A model generated the notes under the pieces. The model saw only the letters and a program-made list of their open reading frames with translations, was not told where the DNA came from and did no database searches. Source: Blasia pusilla (Eukaryota). From it: 64,000 bases of DNA. The translations under genes were made by a program, and so were the position numbers. This document shows, piece by piece, positions 12,721-25,200 of the stretch. The DNA lies in the NCBI GenBank assembly GCA_050084515.1, contig CM114271.1, positions 39,370,001 through 39,434,000 on the forward strand, read 5' to 3'. Each line of letters opens with the position of its first letter. Position 1 is the stretch's first letter.

Positions 12721-14823
12721 TAAAATGCAGAATATTTTGATGTTAAAGTAAAATATAGACATAAATTAAAAAATTACATGTAAATTTGAAGTGGTGTTGA
12801 ATGCCATATGGGCATTCTTCCACTGCTGGATATGGTTGTATATGGACGGTTAATGCTGAAAATGATAAGGGTCTTAGTAAAACAATGTCTTTATGCTTTC
12901 TTATAATGGAATGCCCAAAATAGAAGATATCCCAAGATAAATGAAAGATGTCATATGATTGGAGGATGAAATCCTAAAAAATACAAGTAATTGCTTAGGA
13001 CTCATAAATATTGGACAAGTAAGGAGATATGACTTGTTTATGACTAAAGGATATTGCTAACTATTCCCTTCAGAGGTATATGAAGTGGTGAGTAGCACAA
13101 CCCTAAAATTAATGACTACACCATTTTAGTCATAATTTGAGTTTTTTTGTTGTGCAATAATTTAAAGTTTAGTCATAAAAACCATGTATTTATTCTAGTG
13201 GCTTGATTAACACTATCGAGATGGACATGTAAGCCATGAGACTAGCCTCAAGGTGGTATAAATGGGTGGAGTGATCTACTAGGTTGAGAGGTTACTCTAG
13301 GTAGGTGATAAACCTCAAGACCATCTTTGAGACAACAAAGAATGACAGATCATATTGTGAGACAAAGATTGATCAAGACCAGTGTGTGCCTTGAAAAAGG
13401 TATCTTAGTGGCATGGGGCGGAACTTCTCTTGGGGACTTATGGATGAGACAAGATTAAGTCCATAAGTGAGAGGTGGGTGGGGCATGAGGTTGGGATTAG
13501 TCGAGGGAAGCCTTGCTATGATATTAGTCACGAAACAAAAATTGCAACATGTCACATTATGTATAAAAGGAAAAATTGCAATTGTATAGCATATTCGGAG
13601 AGGAGGATGGATGTGACTTGATATCATGTGAAATTTGAGAGTGGAATTGGCCGTATGAGTCGGTTTTACTTCGGTTTTATATGAGAATGATGTGTGTGGA
13701 TTTTTATATGTGTGGAGATCTATCCATATGTTAGGAAGATTGGTGTTGTGTGTGTATACGCACGACACTTTGTAAGGGAATATACCTAGGTCTTGATCAT
13801 GTATGTAACTCAGAGTCTCTCACCATGAGAGTGCGTTTGGCTTGATGTTATGGAAATTGAGAAGATCTATATGAGAGTTAGTTATCCCTAATTTATAAAA
13901 GATAGCATGAGAGAGAATGGTCGAGAGAGTTGGTTGTGCGATGTAGTAGCTTTGGATTTGGGACCATGGAGATTTATTTTTGGTTTTGCATGCAAGTACT
14001 TGTGTCCCATGTTGCAACCCACATAAGTGTTATGGAGGTTAGGAGCTTGTTTTTGACAAAAAAATTCAGGTAGAAGGTCACGCGTGGAAGTGCTATCGAA
14101 ATTCTGTTAGAATTGGAGGTCTTATGATGAGTGATCGTCGTTGTTGATAAGAGAGTGAAGATTTATTGTTGGTGTGGGGAGTTTAGCAAGCTAGATGTTG
14201 ATTTTCTTATTGTTATTTTCAAGAAGTGTGAATATGAGTGGAAGCGTTGCCGGTCGAAATTGGAGGTCGTGGGATATATAAACATGGTTGCCACTACTCC
14301 ATGGAGATTTCCTTGATGTTATAGAGTGTGGGGCAAAGAACACGATGGAAGGTGCAAACCCACATATGTCTCATCCGACCTAAATGAACCAATACAAAAC
14401 ATTTTTCCAACACAAAACCAACAAAAATTGGAAAGGTAATTACGGCCTCTACAAACAACTCTTATTTTTTTTCATCTTCATAGAGTCTATCCACTCTATC
14501 CAATTCTACAAACAATTCGCCACTCACAATCTCTTCCCATTTACAATCTTTTATCACACTAATTTCTTTCCCTCTCAAAGGGGCTGCACTTTTTTTGAAA
14601 TGTGCGGCTATGGAAGGTTGTCGAGACGTGTAGGGTCATTTTCCCATAAAGTCTGGGGTCGCCCGACCTAACGCCCCTGGGACGGGCCCCTAAACGTCCT
14701 TCTTTGATCTGGAACGCGATTGTAGGCGGCGACACGTAGTACGTGTCGGGCCTGCAACTATTTAAACTGAAACGCTCGCCTGCGCAAACTCACCGAGCAA
14801 CATTGTGTGTACTAGTGAGTATC

Positions 14824-14831
14824 TAGGGTTT
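14824..14831. promoter_or_regulatory. Telo-box (TAGGGTTT) with a nearby site II-like AGCCCA upstream of TAF8
   Basis: Exact motif at the start of the GC-rich leader region; function is inferred from the known plant telo-box/site II module. Confidence 0.4.
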
Positions 14832-15331
14832 AGAGAGAAAAGCCCATTACTTGCGTTGCATTCACACGAGGAGACGGACAGGCACATGAGGAGCGCTCGC
14901 GTGCGTGGTGATGAGAAGAGGAGGACGGGAGAATGTGCGAGGGCGAGAGAAAGGAGGGGGCCCGACGCGCGAATGGAGATGGCGGACGATGACGAGTGGA
15001 GGACGAAGCGAGGAGGTGGAGGATTAGGGGTGTTGTGTTTTGGAAGGCGCAGGAAATCGGAAGGTCAGGCGGAGGTTGGAGCCGAATTACGATATTGTAG
15101 GTCAGCGGTATGGTGAGAGTCGAGGGCGTTCGGCGTCGGAAGCTGTTACGGATGGACATTGTTGGCGATGCTGAGAATGCATTTCCGAACTGTGAGCGGA
15201 GTCGTAGTACAGAGAATGAGGAAAGAGAGGTCTGTCGGAGCTGGTTTGATACAGATGCTTGACTTTGCGGTTTTTGTTTCCGCGGAGTGGAACCTGCGAG
15301 TCCCTGAGTTGCAATAATTGATTCGCACCCC

Positions 15332-15333
<2 letters not shown>

Positions 15334-15387
<54 letters not shown>
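15334..15387 (+). repeat. (GA)n microsatellite in the TAF8 leader
   Basis: Direct reading. Confidence 0.95.
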
Positions 15388-15389
<2 letters not shown>

Positions 15390-15562
15390 GAGGCAGGCGT
15401 GGAGGTTCAAAAGATCAAGCACGTCGTATTGAGGAAGCGGAAGAAGATCGAATAACGAATAAGGCGCCGGTGTCGAACAATTGGAGTAGTAAAGAGGATA
15501 GCGTTTTGCTGGCCGATTGATTCATAGGCCCAGAGTGGCAAGGATGAACGAATAATGAAATA

Positions 15563-16888
15563 ATGAGTGGCTCAGGTTCAGGTGGCAGCGATGAGTTCGG
15601 CAGGGCGGTCGCCAAAATTGGGGTGGCGCAATTGTGTGAATCCATTGGTTTCCATGGTTGGCAGCGATCCGCTGGCGAAACTCTGGCTGATATTGCACTC
15701 CGTTACCTCACGGATCTTGCCAAAGCTGCACACTTTTACGCCAACCTCGCCGGCCGTACTCAGTGCAATGCGCTCGATGTAATTATGGCAATGGACGATG
15801 TAGGCATTGGGTCGTCCGCTACGGAAACGTCTCGTGCACTTTCCAGCTCCAGAAGCCTACAAGATGTGATGCGGTATGTAGAGTACAGTGAAGAGATCCC
15901 TTTTGCAAGGCCATTGCCTCATTTCCCCGTTTTGAAGAAGAGGGCTGCCCCGCCAAGTTTTGCCCAACTAGGAGAGACTCCTCCTTTTCCCCACATTCCT
16001 GCGTGGTTACCCGCATTTCCGGACCCTCACACTTACAAGTCCACTCCTGTCTGGGATGAGAGGAAAAGTGATCCGCGAATGGACAAGCTGGAACTTGCGA
16101 GACAGCGACGGAAGGCCGAACGATCTTTAGTTTCGTTGCACTTGCGATTATCATCTAGTGGAGTAGCAATGAAGCCACCTATCGCACCCGTTGCCCACCC
16201 GGACCCCCAATCATCTGGCGGACCAGCCATGCCTCTGCTTGCACTAGCAGCAGGTCGTTCTAACAGCGGACCATTACCGTCTGTTGCCCCAAGTCGTCCT
16301 CCGACATCTCCTTCCGTGGCGTCCCGGCAGCAGTGGCCTCCTTCCAGTGAACAGGAAGTTATTCTTTCTAAGCTTGAATCAGAGGGACAAGCTGGTAAAG
16401 GCAAAGGGAAGCGTGTGGCAGCAGGGCAAAATCCATTCTTGACCTCTCCTTTCCCTGCCGGAGAGAAAGACGTCTCATCCATTACTTTCCCCGGCAAAGT
16501 AGTAGACTCTAACTCGCGTCAGCGAGAGGCAGAGGGAAAGGTAGAGTTGCCATCGGTTTTCGAGGCCTTCGCCCCAGCATTGGAAGCAGCATCGAAACAT
16601 GGCCTGGATCACATCGAAACTGGGCTGGGGTCGTCAAGTGTTCTTTTGGAAGCTAAAGATCGTCGGCCAATTCTACTTAGTTTCGATTGGAGTCGAAAGA
16701 CGCGAGTTAAGGCATTGGCTGCACAGCTGAGTGTAGGGGCCTTCAATCAACCCCCCCTCAAGGATAAGGTCAAGGTAGCAGTTCAGGGCAAAGATGAGGA
16801 GAAAGACGACCGGAAAAAGAGAGCCGAGCAGATTCTTGCGCAGGCTATGGAAGTGATGGAGGGAGCTGATGATGCCACCCAAGCTTAG
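15563..16888 (+). CDS. TAF8: Transcription initiation factor TFIID subunit 8 (441 aa, intronless CDS)
   Basis: N-terminal histone-fold/bromodomain-associated domain (DEFGRAVAKIGVAQLCES.GF...ANLAGRT.CN..D) and TAF8_C motif HIPAWLPAFPDPHTY..TP...ARQRRKAERSLVSL. Confidence 0.95.
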   Translation: MSGSGSGGSDEFGRAVAKIGVAQLCESIGFHGWQRSAGETLADIALRYLTDLAKAAHFYANLAGRTQCNALDVIMAMDDVGIGSSATETSRALSSSRSLQDVMRYVEYSEEIPFARPLPHFPVLKKRAAPPSFAQLGETPPFPHIPAWLPAFPDPHTYKSTPVWDERKSDPRMDKLELARQRRKAERSLVSLHLRLSSSGVAMKPPIAPVAHPDPQSSGGPAMPLLALAAGRSNSGPLPSVAPSRPPTSPSVASRQQWPPSSEQEVILSKLESEGQAGKGKGKRVAAGQNPFLTSPFPAGEKDVSSITFPGKVVDSNSRQREAEGKVELPSVFEAFAPALEAASKHGLDHIETGLGSSSVLLEAKDRRPILLSFDWSRKTRVKALAAQLSVGAFNQPPLKDKVKVAVQGKDEEKDDRKKRAEQILAQAMEVMEGADDATQA

Positions 16889-16904
16889 TCATCTGCAGAG
16901 CTGG

Positions 16905-17251
16905 TCTCTCTCTCTCTCTCTCTCTCTCTAAGCTGGTAACACCAGAATTGTTCAACACATTCAGTAGCCTTGATTCATTGCCCAAAGCTGCTGCACTGGT
17001 AAGTAATGTCTATTGGGGATCCCAATCAGGTAAAGTAGATGGTGTGGTGAAGAGTTTCTTTGTTGACACTTGGAAGCTCCGCACAAACACGTTGTTTGGT
17101 CAGCACTCACACTATATGAGAGTGTCTCCCTCCTCATATGGTACCTTCTTCACTTGCTTCTCTCTCTACACCCATCCCAGTCTCAAGCACCGTCCAACCA
17201 GGGCACGGGTCTATGGTCGCAAGGCTATGACAGGCAGTACTTAATGAGTAG

Positions 17252-17303
<52 letters not shown>

Positions 17304-18256
17304 CACAAGGCTACGACAGGCACTACTTAATGAGTACACAACTAAACTCTTGCGCCTTGTGAGGGTATTAAACCTCTAGTCGTTACTTGGTCCCCTGCTC
17401 AAAATTCACAACACACAGAGCAAGAGTATATGCTGATATTGCTAAGCTGGTAACACCAGAATTGTTCAACACATTCAGTAGCCTTGATTCATTGCCCAAA
17501 GCTGCTGCACTGGTAAGTAATGTCTATTTGGGGATCCGAATCAGGTAAAGTAGATGGTGTGGTGAAGAGTTTAGGGTTGACACCTGGAAGCTCTGCACCA
17601 ACACGTTGTTTGGTCAACACCCACACTATATGAGAGTGTCTCCCTCCTCTCATGTGGTACCTTCTTCACTTCTCCCTCTCTCTACACCCAACCCAGTCTC
17701 AAGCACCATCCAACCAGGGCGTCTCGTGGGGTCTATGGTCGCAAGGCTACGACAGGCGCTACTTAATGAGTACAGTCTCTCTCTCTCTCTCTAAGCACCG
17801 TCCAACCAGGGCGCGGGGTCTATGGTCGCAAGGCTACGACAGGCACTACTTAATGCGTACAGTCTCTCTCTCTCTAAATTCACAACACACAGAGCAAGAG
17901 CATATGCTGATATTGCTAAGCTGGGGGCACCAGAATTGTTCAACACATTCAGTAGCCTTGATTCATTGCCCAAAGCTGCTGCACTGGTAAGTAATGTCTA
18001 TTGGGGATCCCAATCAGGTAAAGTAGATGGTGTGGTGAAGAGTTTCTTGGTTGACACTTGGAAGCTCCGCACAAACACGTTGTTTGGTCAGCACTCACAC
18101 TATATGAGAGTGTCTCCTTCCTCTCATATGGTACCTTCTTCACTTGCTTCTCTCTCTACACCCATCCCAGTCTCAGGCACCGTCCAACCAGGGCACGGGG
18201 TCTATGGTGGCAAGGCTACGACAGGCACTACTTAATGAGTAGTGTCTCTCTCTCTG

Positions 18257-18287
<31 letters not shown>

Positions 18288-18425
18288 GGCGCGGGGTCTA
18301 TGGTAGCAAGGCTACGACAGGCAGTACTTAATGAGTACAGTCTCTCTCTCTCAAGCACCGTCCAACCAGGGCGCGGGGTCTATGGTCGCAAGGCTACGAC
18401 AGGCACTACTTAATGAGTACAGTCT

Positions 18426-18472
<47 letters not shown>

Positions 18473-19250
18473 TATTGGAGATCCCAATCAGGTAAAGTAG
18501 ACTGTGTGGTGAAGAGTTTCTTGGTTGACACTTGGAAGCTCTGCACAAACACATTGTTTGGTCAGCACTCACACTATATGAGAGTGTCTCCCTCCTCTCA
18601 TATGGTACCTTCTTCACTTGCTTCTCTCTACACCCATCCCAGTCTCAAGCACCGTCCAACCAGGGCGCGGGGTCTATGGTCGCAAGGCTACGACAGGCAC
18701 TACTTAATGAGTACAGTCTCTCTATCTCTCAGCTGGTATCAAGCACCGTCCAACCGGGGCGCGGGGTCTATGGTCGCAAGGCTACGACAGGCACTACTTA
18801 ATGAGTACAGTCTCTCAGCTGGTAGCACCCTCCTCTCATATGGTACCTTCTTCACTTGCTTCTCTCTCTACACCCATCCCAGTCTCAAGCACCGTCCAAC
18901 CAGGGCGCGGGGTCTGTGGTCGCAAGGCTACGACAGACACTACTTAATGAGCACAGTCTCTCTCTCTCTCAGCTCCGCACAAACACGTTGTTTGGTCAGC
19001 ACTCACACTATCTGAGAGTGTCTCCCTCCTCTCATATGGTACCTTCTTCACTTGCTTCTCTCTCTACACCCATCCCAGTCTCGAGCACCGTCCAACCAGG
19101 GCGCGGGATCTATGGTCGCAAGGCTACGACAGGCAGTACTTAATGAGTAGTCTCTGTGCATGGTCGCAAGGCTACGACAGGCACTACTTAATGAGTACAG
19201 TCTCTGTGTCTGTGCAAGGCTACTACTTCATGAGTACAGTCTCTGTGCAC
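16905..19250 (+). repeat. Complex tandem array: 13 units sharing a 3' end, variably 5'-truncated (longest about 450 bp), mostly separated by (CT)n/(GT)n tracts
   Basis: Core CAAGGCTACGACAGGCACTACTTAATGAGTA ends at about 17250, 17336, 17772, 17859, 18241, 18337, 18419, 18713, 18807, 18953, 19149, 19197 and 19236. Confidence 0.95.
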
Positions 19251-22200
19251 CACTTTATCAGTAAAGTCTGGCTTTATATGTAAATAAACATTTTGAGGTG
19301 GATTGTGAATGTGTGTTAGCCCCTTCCATTGGGGCTAACATAGATTCCTGGAGAAACCATTGGGGCACACTTAACTTTCTGTACACTGAGCTGTCATGGA
19401 CATAAAGCTTCCAGTACTGTGTAGTTACTTAGAACAAATTTGCTGCAAAAACAGCAAATCGTCCAAAATTGCTGATCTGTTTGTCACTATCATTATACAC
19501 GAACCAGTGGTGCTGCTCTCAAGAGTGACGGTTTTTTGTGTCATGTTAAGGTGGACTTTGTTTCAAGGAGTCTCTTTCTCCTTCAAGCTTCATGGCCACA
19601 CTCTGCTTAGTGTGTACTCCGAAAAATGATGCTCCTTTCTCGTCTGGTTCATTCTTCTCTCCTAGGTCTCCAGCACCTGATCCTAGCTACTAGCCCTATC
19701 CAGTGAGAGCACTAGCATGTCCAACTTGGCTGAAGGTCATAGTATTTTCTGCTTTAGGAGTGCAATGCGAAGAAAGTGCGCCATTTTTGTAGCATGAGGT
19801 AGGTGTCACCAGACAAGAGCCGTTTGCCCTTAGGAATTCATGCCTGTCAGTCTTCTGTCATAACTTTTACTTTGAATGTGGTATGTTATAATGAGAAAAC
19901 CATCACTTGTCTTGTTGAGGAACTGGGGCCAGGCAGGAGAGAGGATCAAAAAGCAAAAGCTAGTGAAGGGATAAGATTCTGGTCATTGTTTTGGAGTTGG
20001 ACTTATATATACTAATGTCTGATGGTTGAATTCCAGTAACATTCATTTCATTGGTCAGAATGTTACTGGAATTAGTTACACTTGCATTGAGGGTTGCTGA
20101 AAGGCAGGGAATTGGAACTGTGCAGAAAGTATTTGCTGCTTCCTGGTTCAAGTTCTCTCTTTCCCATGTTGGGACTCACTGTGGCGAGTCTGAATCAATG
20201 TCAAGAAAAGTATAGACAGCTTCAATCTTTTGAGCAAACACTAATGTGGAAGGTATGTGTTAGGTTGATTCCTGAATTTTCAGGGAACAGTCAAAATCAG
20301 GCTTGATTGGTTGTTTCTTGTTTTCGTTGTTGTAAGCAGGTGATTGAAAAGTTTTGAATTATATTTTAGGGTGGTATTCTAAGTGTTCGACGGAAGTCAC
20401 TAACGGGCATTCATAACATGCTGAAATCACTAAGCTTTCAATCATGTTATCAAGAAGGTTGCATGATGTACCGTGGCTTACTTTCCTAAATTGTTGGACT
20501 GAAGTTGCAGGTTCTGTCAAAGGGCTACGTTTGCACCCACAGGATAGAAAGCTGCCCAAAAATTGGCTTGTGATGCGCTTCTGAATGTTAGCAGAGGTCG
20601 ATCTGATATCTGAGGGTGCAGGTATGCTTAAAAGATGTGACTCTTAAGAGCAAAAGATTTAGGACGGCCTCCCAAGGAGATGGAGTCCTTGAGCTATTTA
20701 CAAGCTCAATTCTTATTGTCAGTATTCTACAATTAACCTGTTTAATTGTGGTTTAGGCTTTCCTTCCTTGTGAAGTATTCCATCAACCTTAAGAGTATAA
20801 CAGAGATATATCTGCAACATTCAATAGTTGCTGATCCATTGCAATAAAGATTCTGTCATTCGTTTATTTCTTAATGACTGGACACTTTTCTTTACATGTG
20901 ATGGGTAAATGTTCCATGTATATCTCTGAACGGTCGATTACATTCTAAATGCCCTGTCTACAGAGTGCGGTTTAGGCCATCTGCAGATGATCGGGCTTAT
21001 AATTTGTGAATTCTGGTGCGATATGACCCGGGGGCCTTCAAGCAGAGTTCATAGACTATCGGCTGTAGTATCCTGTACCCTCTAGATCCATGTAAAATGT
21101 TTGGTTGACTACGTTCTCTACTGAGATGGATGGGTTTCTGGACTTGATTTGTGTTCTAGATAGTCAATTCCACCGGTTCTCCATCATAGATTACTGCAGG
21201 CTTAGCGAGACCAATCCATATCTTCTTTGGTGGAAAGCCGAAGTTATCAATGGAGTTCCCGGTCAGGAAACCATCTCTTCTGGCGATTTGATTGCAAATT
21301 CCCATGAGGCAGGCATTTGTGATCAACGTGATATCCATAGTTTCGAGGGTTGGTCCATGCGATGAAAATATCTGGGAGATGAGATTGGTCCAGTCAGTGT
21401 GTCTACGGTAGGACCAACTTTCGGCTCAGACTACTCTTCGCGATGGTAGCGTGCGGAATGCCCTGCAAACTGTTAAGAGTTCGATGATTGAAAACTTACT
21501 TTCAAGCACGTCTGGGAGATCTTCTGTTCTACCCGGAAGAGAAATGTGAACCGTAGTACTTCGACGGCCTTTGGCTTAGCGTGGTTCACGTACTTCGGGT
21601 TGTCGTAAAATCGCAGCTTAGGCAGTCCCTATATTGTTCATCTCGTGACGCTGGCTCTTCCCTCCACTTGAGGTAGGTGCTGCCGCAAGCGGACGAAACT
21701 CCTTCCACGGAGCTCTGCCATCAGTGATTGGCTCTACGTTTGCAACTTTGCACAGCCTGTGTGACCTGCTCCACCTTACCTGGTTGTTGGGACTGGGTAG
21801 TTTTCAGTGTTCGCCTTTCGTGTCCACACCACGGATGGTGCCCTCCAGGTGAGCAAAGCGGTGCATTGGTGCAATGTTGTTTGAGTTGCCGGGAATGCCG
21901 CTGGGGACGACGTAGACACCCAAAGCCTTTTGGTCTTTCCCGTCACTCGCTGGACCCACCCAAGAGGAACACCTGCCGTGCTGCGCAGAACGCCTCGGTC
22001 CTCTCTGATGAGTCTGATGTCGTCAAAACCGCGGACAAGGCCGACAGTGGGGAATAGGTTTCCAGTTGGCTGGTGGTAGTGACCCTCGGGCCTTGGCCCG
22101 GCCTTCCCATCTTTTTGGCACACGTCTGTGTCGAGTCTGAACCGCATCGCAACGACAGTCGTTGGCAGAGTCGGCGTGGGAACTTGGAAGGAGAAACCTC

Positions 22201-25200
22201 TCTCGCCGGTGGGCCCAAGGCTCTCCTCGGCTCTCGGAGTTGACCGAGACGGATGACAGGACTTGAGGATTCACACCTGGAGTAATAAATAACAACTCAA
22301 AGCAACCGGAGAAGAGTCGATGCACTGGTCCTTCCGTAGGACTTCTCCACGGCTTGTCGACCGAGTCCACGTACGCCCGTCAGGTTTTGATCGATATACC
22401 AAAAAGGTATCAAAGTCTCTCCCCCTGGCCGTCACCGGGGAGCCGCCGCACCTGCAGTGCCAGTGCTCCGGCTCCACGAACGCAAGACAAGATCGCTCCC
22501 CTCCCTCTCTTCGCGAGTCTTCAACCATATGAGATTCTCATTCTCATCCTCTTCCTCTCCCTCTCCTCCACTGCTTCCACGACCTGCCGTCTGGTGCGAA
22601 GCTTCCACGTCTTCCCTCATCGTCACGAGAGGTGGTTCCTCCTAGGGGCGTCGGACCGGCTCCGCCCAACCGCGGCCATGGCATCGCCATTTGCCATGTC
22701 CCTCCGACGGTTGGGACATGGGATTCCCAGCGCCATGGGACTGGTTGATCGTAAGTCGCACGGGAAAGTTGCGGCATCCGCACTCGCTGTCATCCGGCAG
22801 CCACGGGACTCGGGAGCCTCCTTACTTCTCCTCGCGGGTATTGAGCAGTTGGACCAAATGCGCCGTCGGCCCAATTCTCTCTACTCTGTAACTCTAGAGA
22901 CGCCAGAGCTCATGCAGTTTGGCTACCGAGTTGGCGAGATTTGAGACCTTCGGGAAAAGTCTCACACCCCATTCCTAGACGTGGGGCTGCAACTCCATGT
23001 GCTTCGTAGCGTCTCCGATCCAAGTCCATAGAAGGCCAACCGTAGAGTCGAGCGACCCTCGTGCGGCATGCCGAGCCTGGAACTCGACTTTCGGGGAATA
23101 TTTTACATTTCTTCTTAGCTTTTGGGAGGGTCGCTGCGCGATGTTCTCTATGGCACGCAAGCCTATTCCTCTATTCGCGAGTTCGAGACACCTAGATGTG
23201 GAAATCTTGAGCACGACTTGGGGTTCTCCCAACCGTGTCCTCCTTGTTGTCCCTCAGGGTGTCTCTATGATTACAATCACGGGCGAAATCCCAGGAGAAG
23301 TTGAAATACTCTTGGCGTTCCTTTTTGGATTTTTTCTTTTTCGGATTCGAGTTTGGTTTTACTACTATCTATACTACTGAGGTGCCCGAGCCAAGCACCG
23401 TCTCTTTTAATGAGTCCATGTTTTTTTTCCCACTAAAATGGATCATTAATTAATGTAAAGGCACAAACTTCAAAACTCAACGCTTCCATTCATTTCGGAT
23501 TTTTAGAAATTCCTTATGCTCTGCCCGTTCATAAAGTCCTCTTTTTCCTCGAGTGGGACAGAGGGGAGAAGTTCTACTGGTTCCTCGAGAAAAGGCTCTC
23601 ATGTTGGTCCACAGGATATTCCCCGAATCCTAGCAACGAAGTAAAAGAGAAGTCCGGACTCCGGGGGCTCACTCCATCTTTCGGAGATCGGGATATCCCT
23701 GCAGCAGACATATGAAGCTAGTCGCTGGAGTCTGGACACCTCCGCCATACGCATTCATGCATGCATGCATGCATGTATGTATGGATATGGACTTTAAGGC
23801 TCTTCCAGAGACGATCTTGAAGTATCTCCGCCGTCGCAGGCGTATGATGGAGAAGGAGAATCACCTCCTCCTCTTCTCTCACCAAAAAGCACTTGTTTCA
23901 CGTGAGAAGATGATCATTTCTCACCCTCGTGGTCTATGGTATAAGGTACTAATGCACTTATTCTTTTTAAAATTCCGAAAGAAAAGGAATGAAGAAGATT
24001 CGAAAAGCGGGGAAAAATACGTATCAGGTGGACTCTTTAATACAAGTAGGCATTTCCGAGATTCCTTATGGCTTTCGAATTTTCCATGATCTTTTAAACA
24101 TATAATATAAACCGGTACGCGGGCCACATACAAGCACCACGGGGACGGAGTAAGTAGAAACACGGTGTTTACATGGCGGGAGAACATATGTAACACGGCC
24201 TTCTCACTAACAGGGTTCACGAGAGAGTTATGGAGAGTTTTACACTAAATAGATAGCCAACCGGGAAACACAAGTTTACAAGCACCACGGGGAGTAATAC
24301 GGCGTGAAATTAATTCTCCTCCCTACGCCCAAAATACCACCAAAAGTATAGAGAAAAGAAAGAAGTCATTATTACGGCCTACTAGTAGGTGCCGTAATAA
24401 ATATATCCAAAATTTGTAAAGATATATTGAAACACAGGTACAAGTTCTAAATGGCCGTGCTTTTTATAAGTCTTTAAAACTTTTCAAACAAATACCTCAA
24501 ATCACCTAAAATTTGGTGTCATATTTCAGGTTTTGATCAAACACAACATCTCTTCCTTGCGGATCTTGCAAGAGGAGAGGCTTTCTCTGAAATCTATGGG
24601 ATTTGTCCTGCTGGAATAAAATTTTAGCACGCAATGATTAGTTGACTAATTCTGTTTCAAGAGTATGCATGTACTAGTATAAATTTTTATTGAAATGTCA
24701 TGCATTGGCTTAGCTACATTGAAAGGTAAGAAAAATAGATTTGAAGTTCTAACAATTGGAAAACACAATTGGTTGTCCTTTTCTATTGATTATTTTTTGT
24801 CATGGAAATATGCTATGAAAATTTTTGGGTTGGATATTTCTAGTCAAAAAGTTTTTATGAAAAAATTTTGACTGGAATTTTTTTAGATATTTAGGAAGGT
24901 GTTGTAATTTTGGAATTTAACTTGAAAAAAAACTTGATTAGCATTACTATAAATAAATTTATGGGTAAATATTTATCATGATGAAATTTCTGACTTGAAA
25001 TCCCTTTATTTAAAAAATGAAAATTTCTTTTCTTTATTTAAAAAATAAGTGAAAATAAACTAGCCAAAAATTTCGTATTCTTATCTTTTTTAAAAGAAAC
25101 GATTTGGTAGAAGATGGGCAGAAAAGAATGAATAGGAATTTAACTTGGGAAAATTGCAAGGGAGACTAGGAAATCTTAAAGAATAGGAAAAAATGAGAAG

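Noticed and set aside
12750-14340. Possible decayed TE coding sequence (also 28800-30800)
   Set aside because: Composition suggests old repeats but no diagnostic motif could be read.
16905-19250. CRISPR-like or coding interpretation of the array
   Set aside because: The intervening sequences are nested pieces of one master rather than unique spacers, there are no cas genes, the context is eukaryotic, and the ORFs are repeat translations with inconsistent frames.
20494-20504. TTGGACTGAAG matching the 5' half of miR319
   Set aside because: The match stops after 11 nt and there is no fold-back partner.
22694-22721. 9-bp hairpin CCATGTCCC/GGGACATGG
   Set aside because: Too short for a miRNA precursor and plausible by chance in GC-rich sequence.
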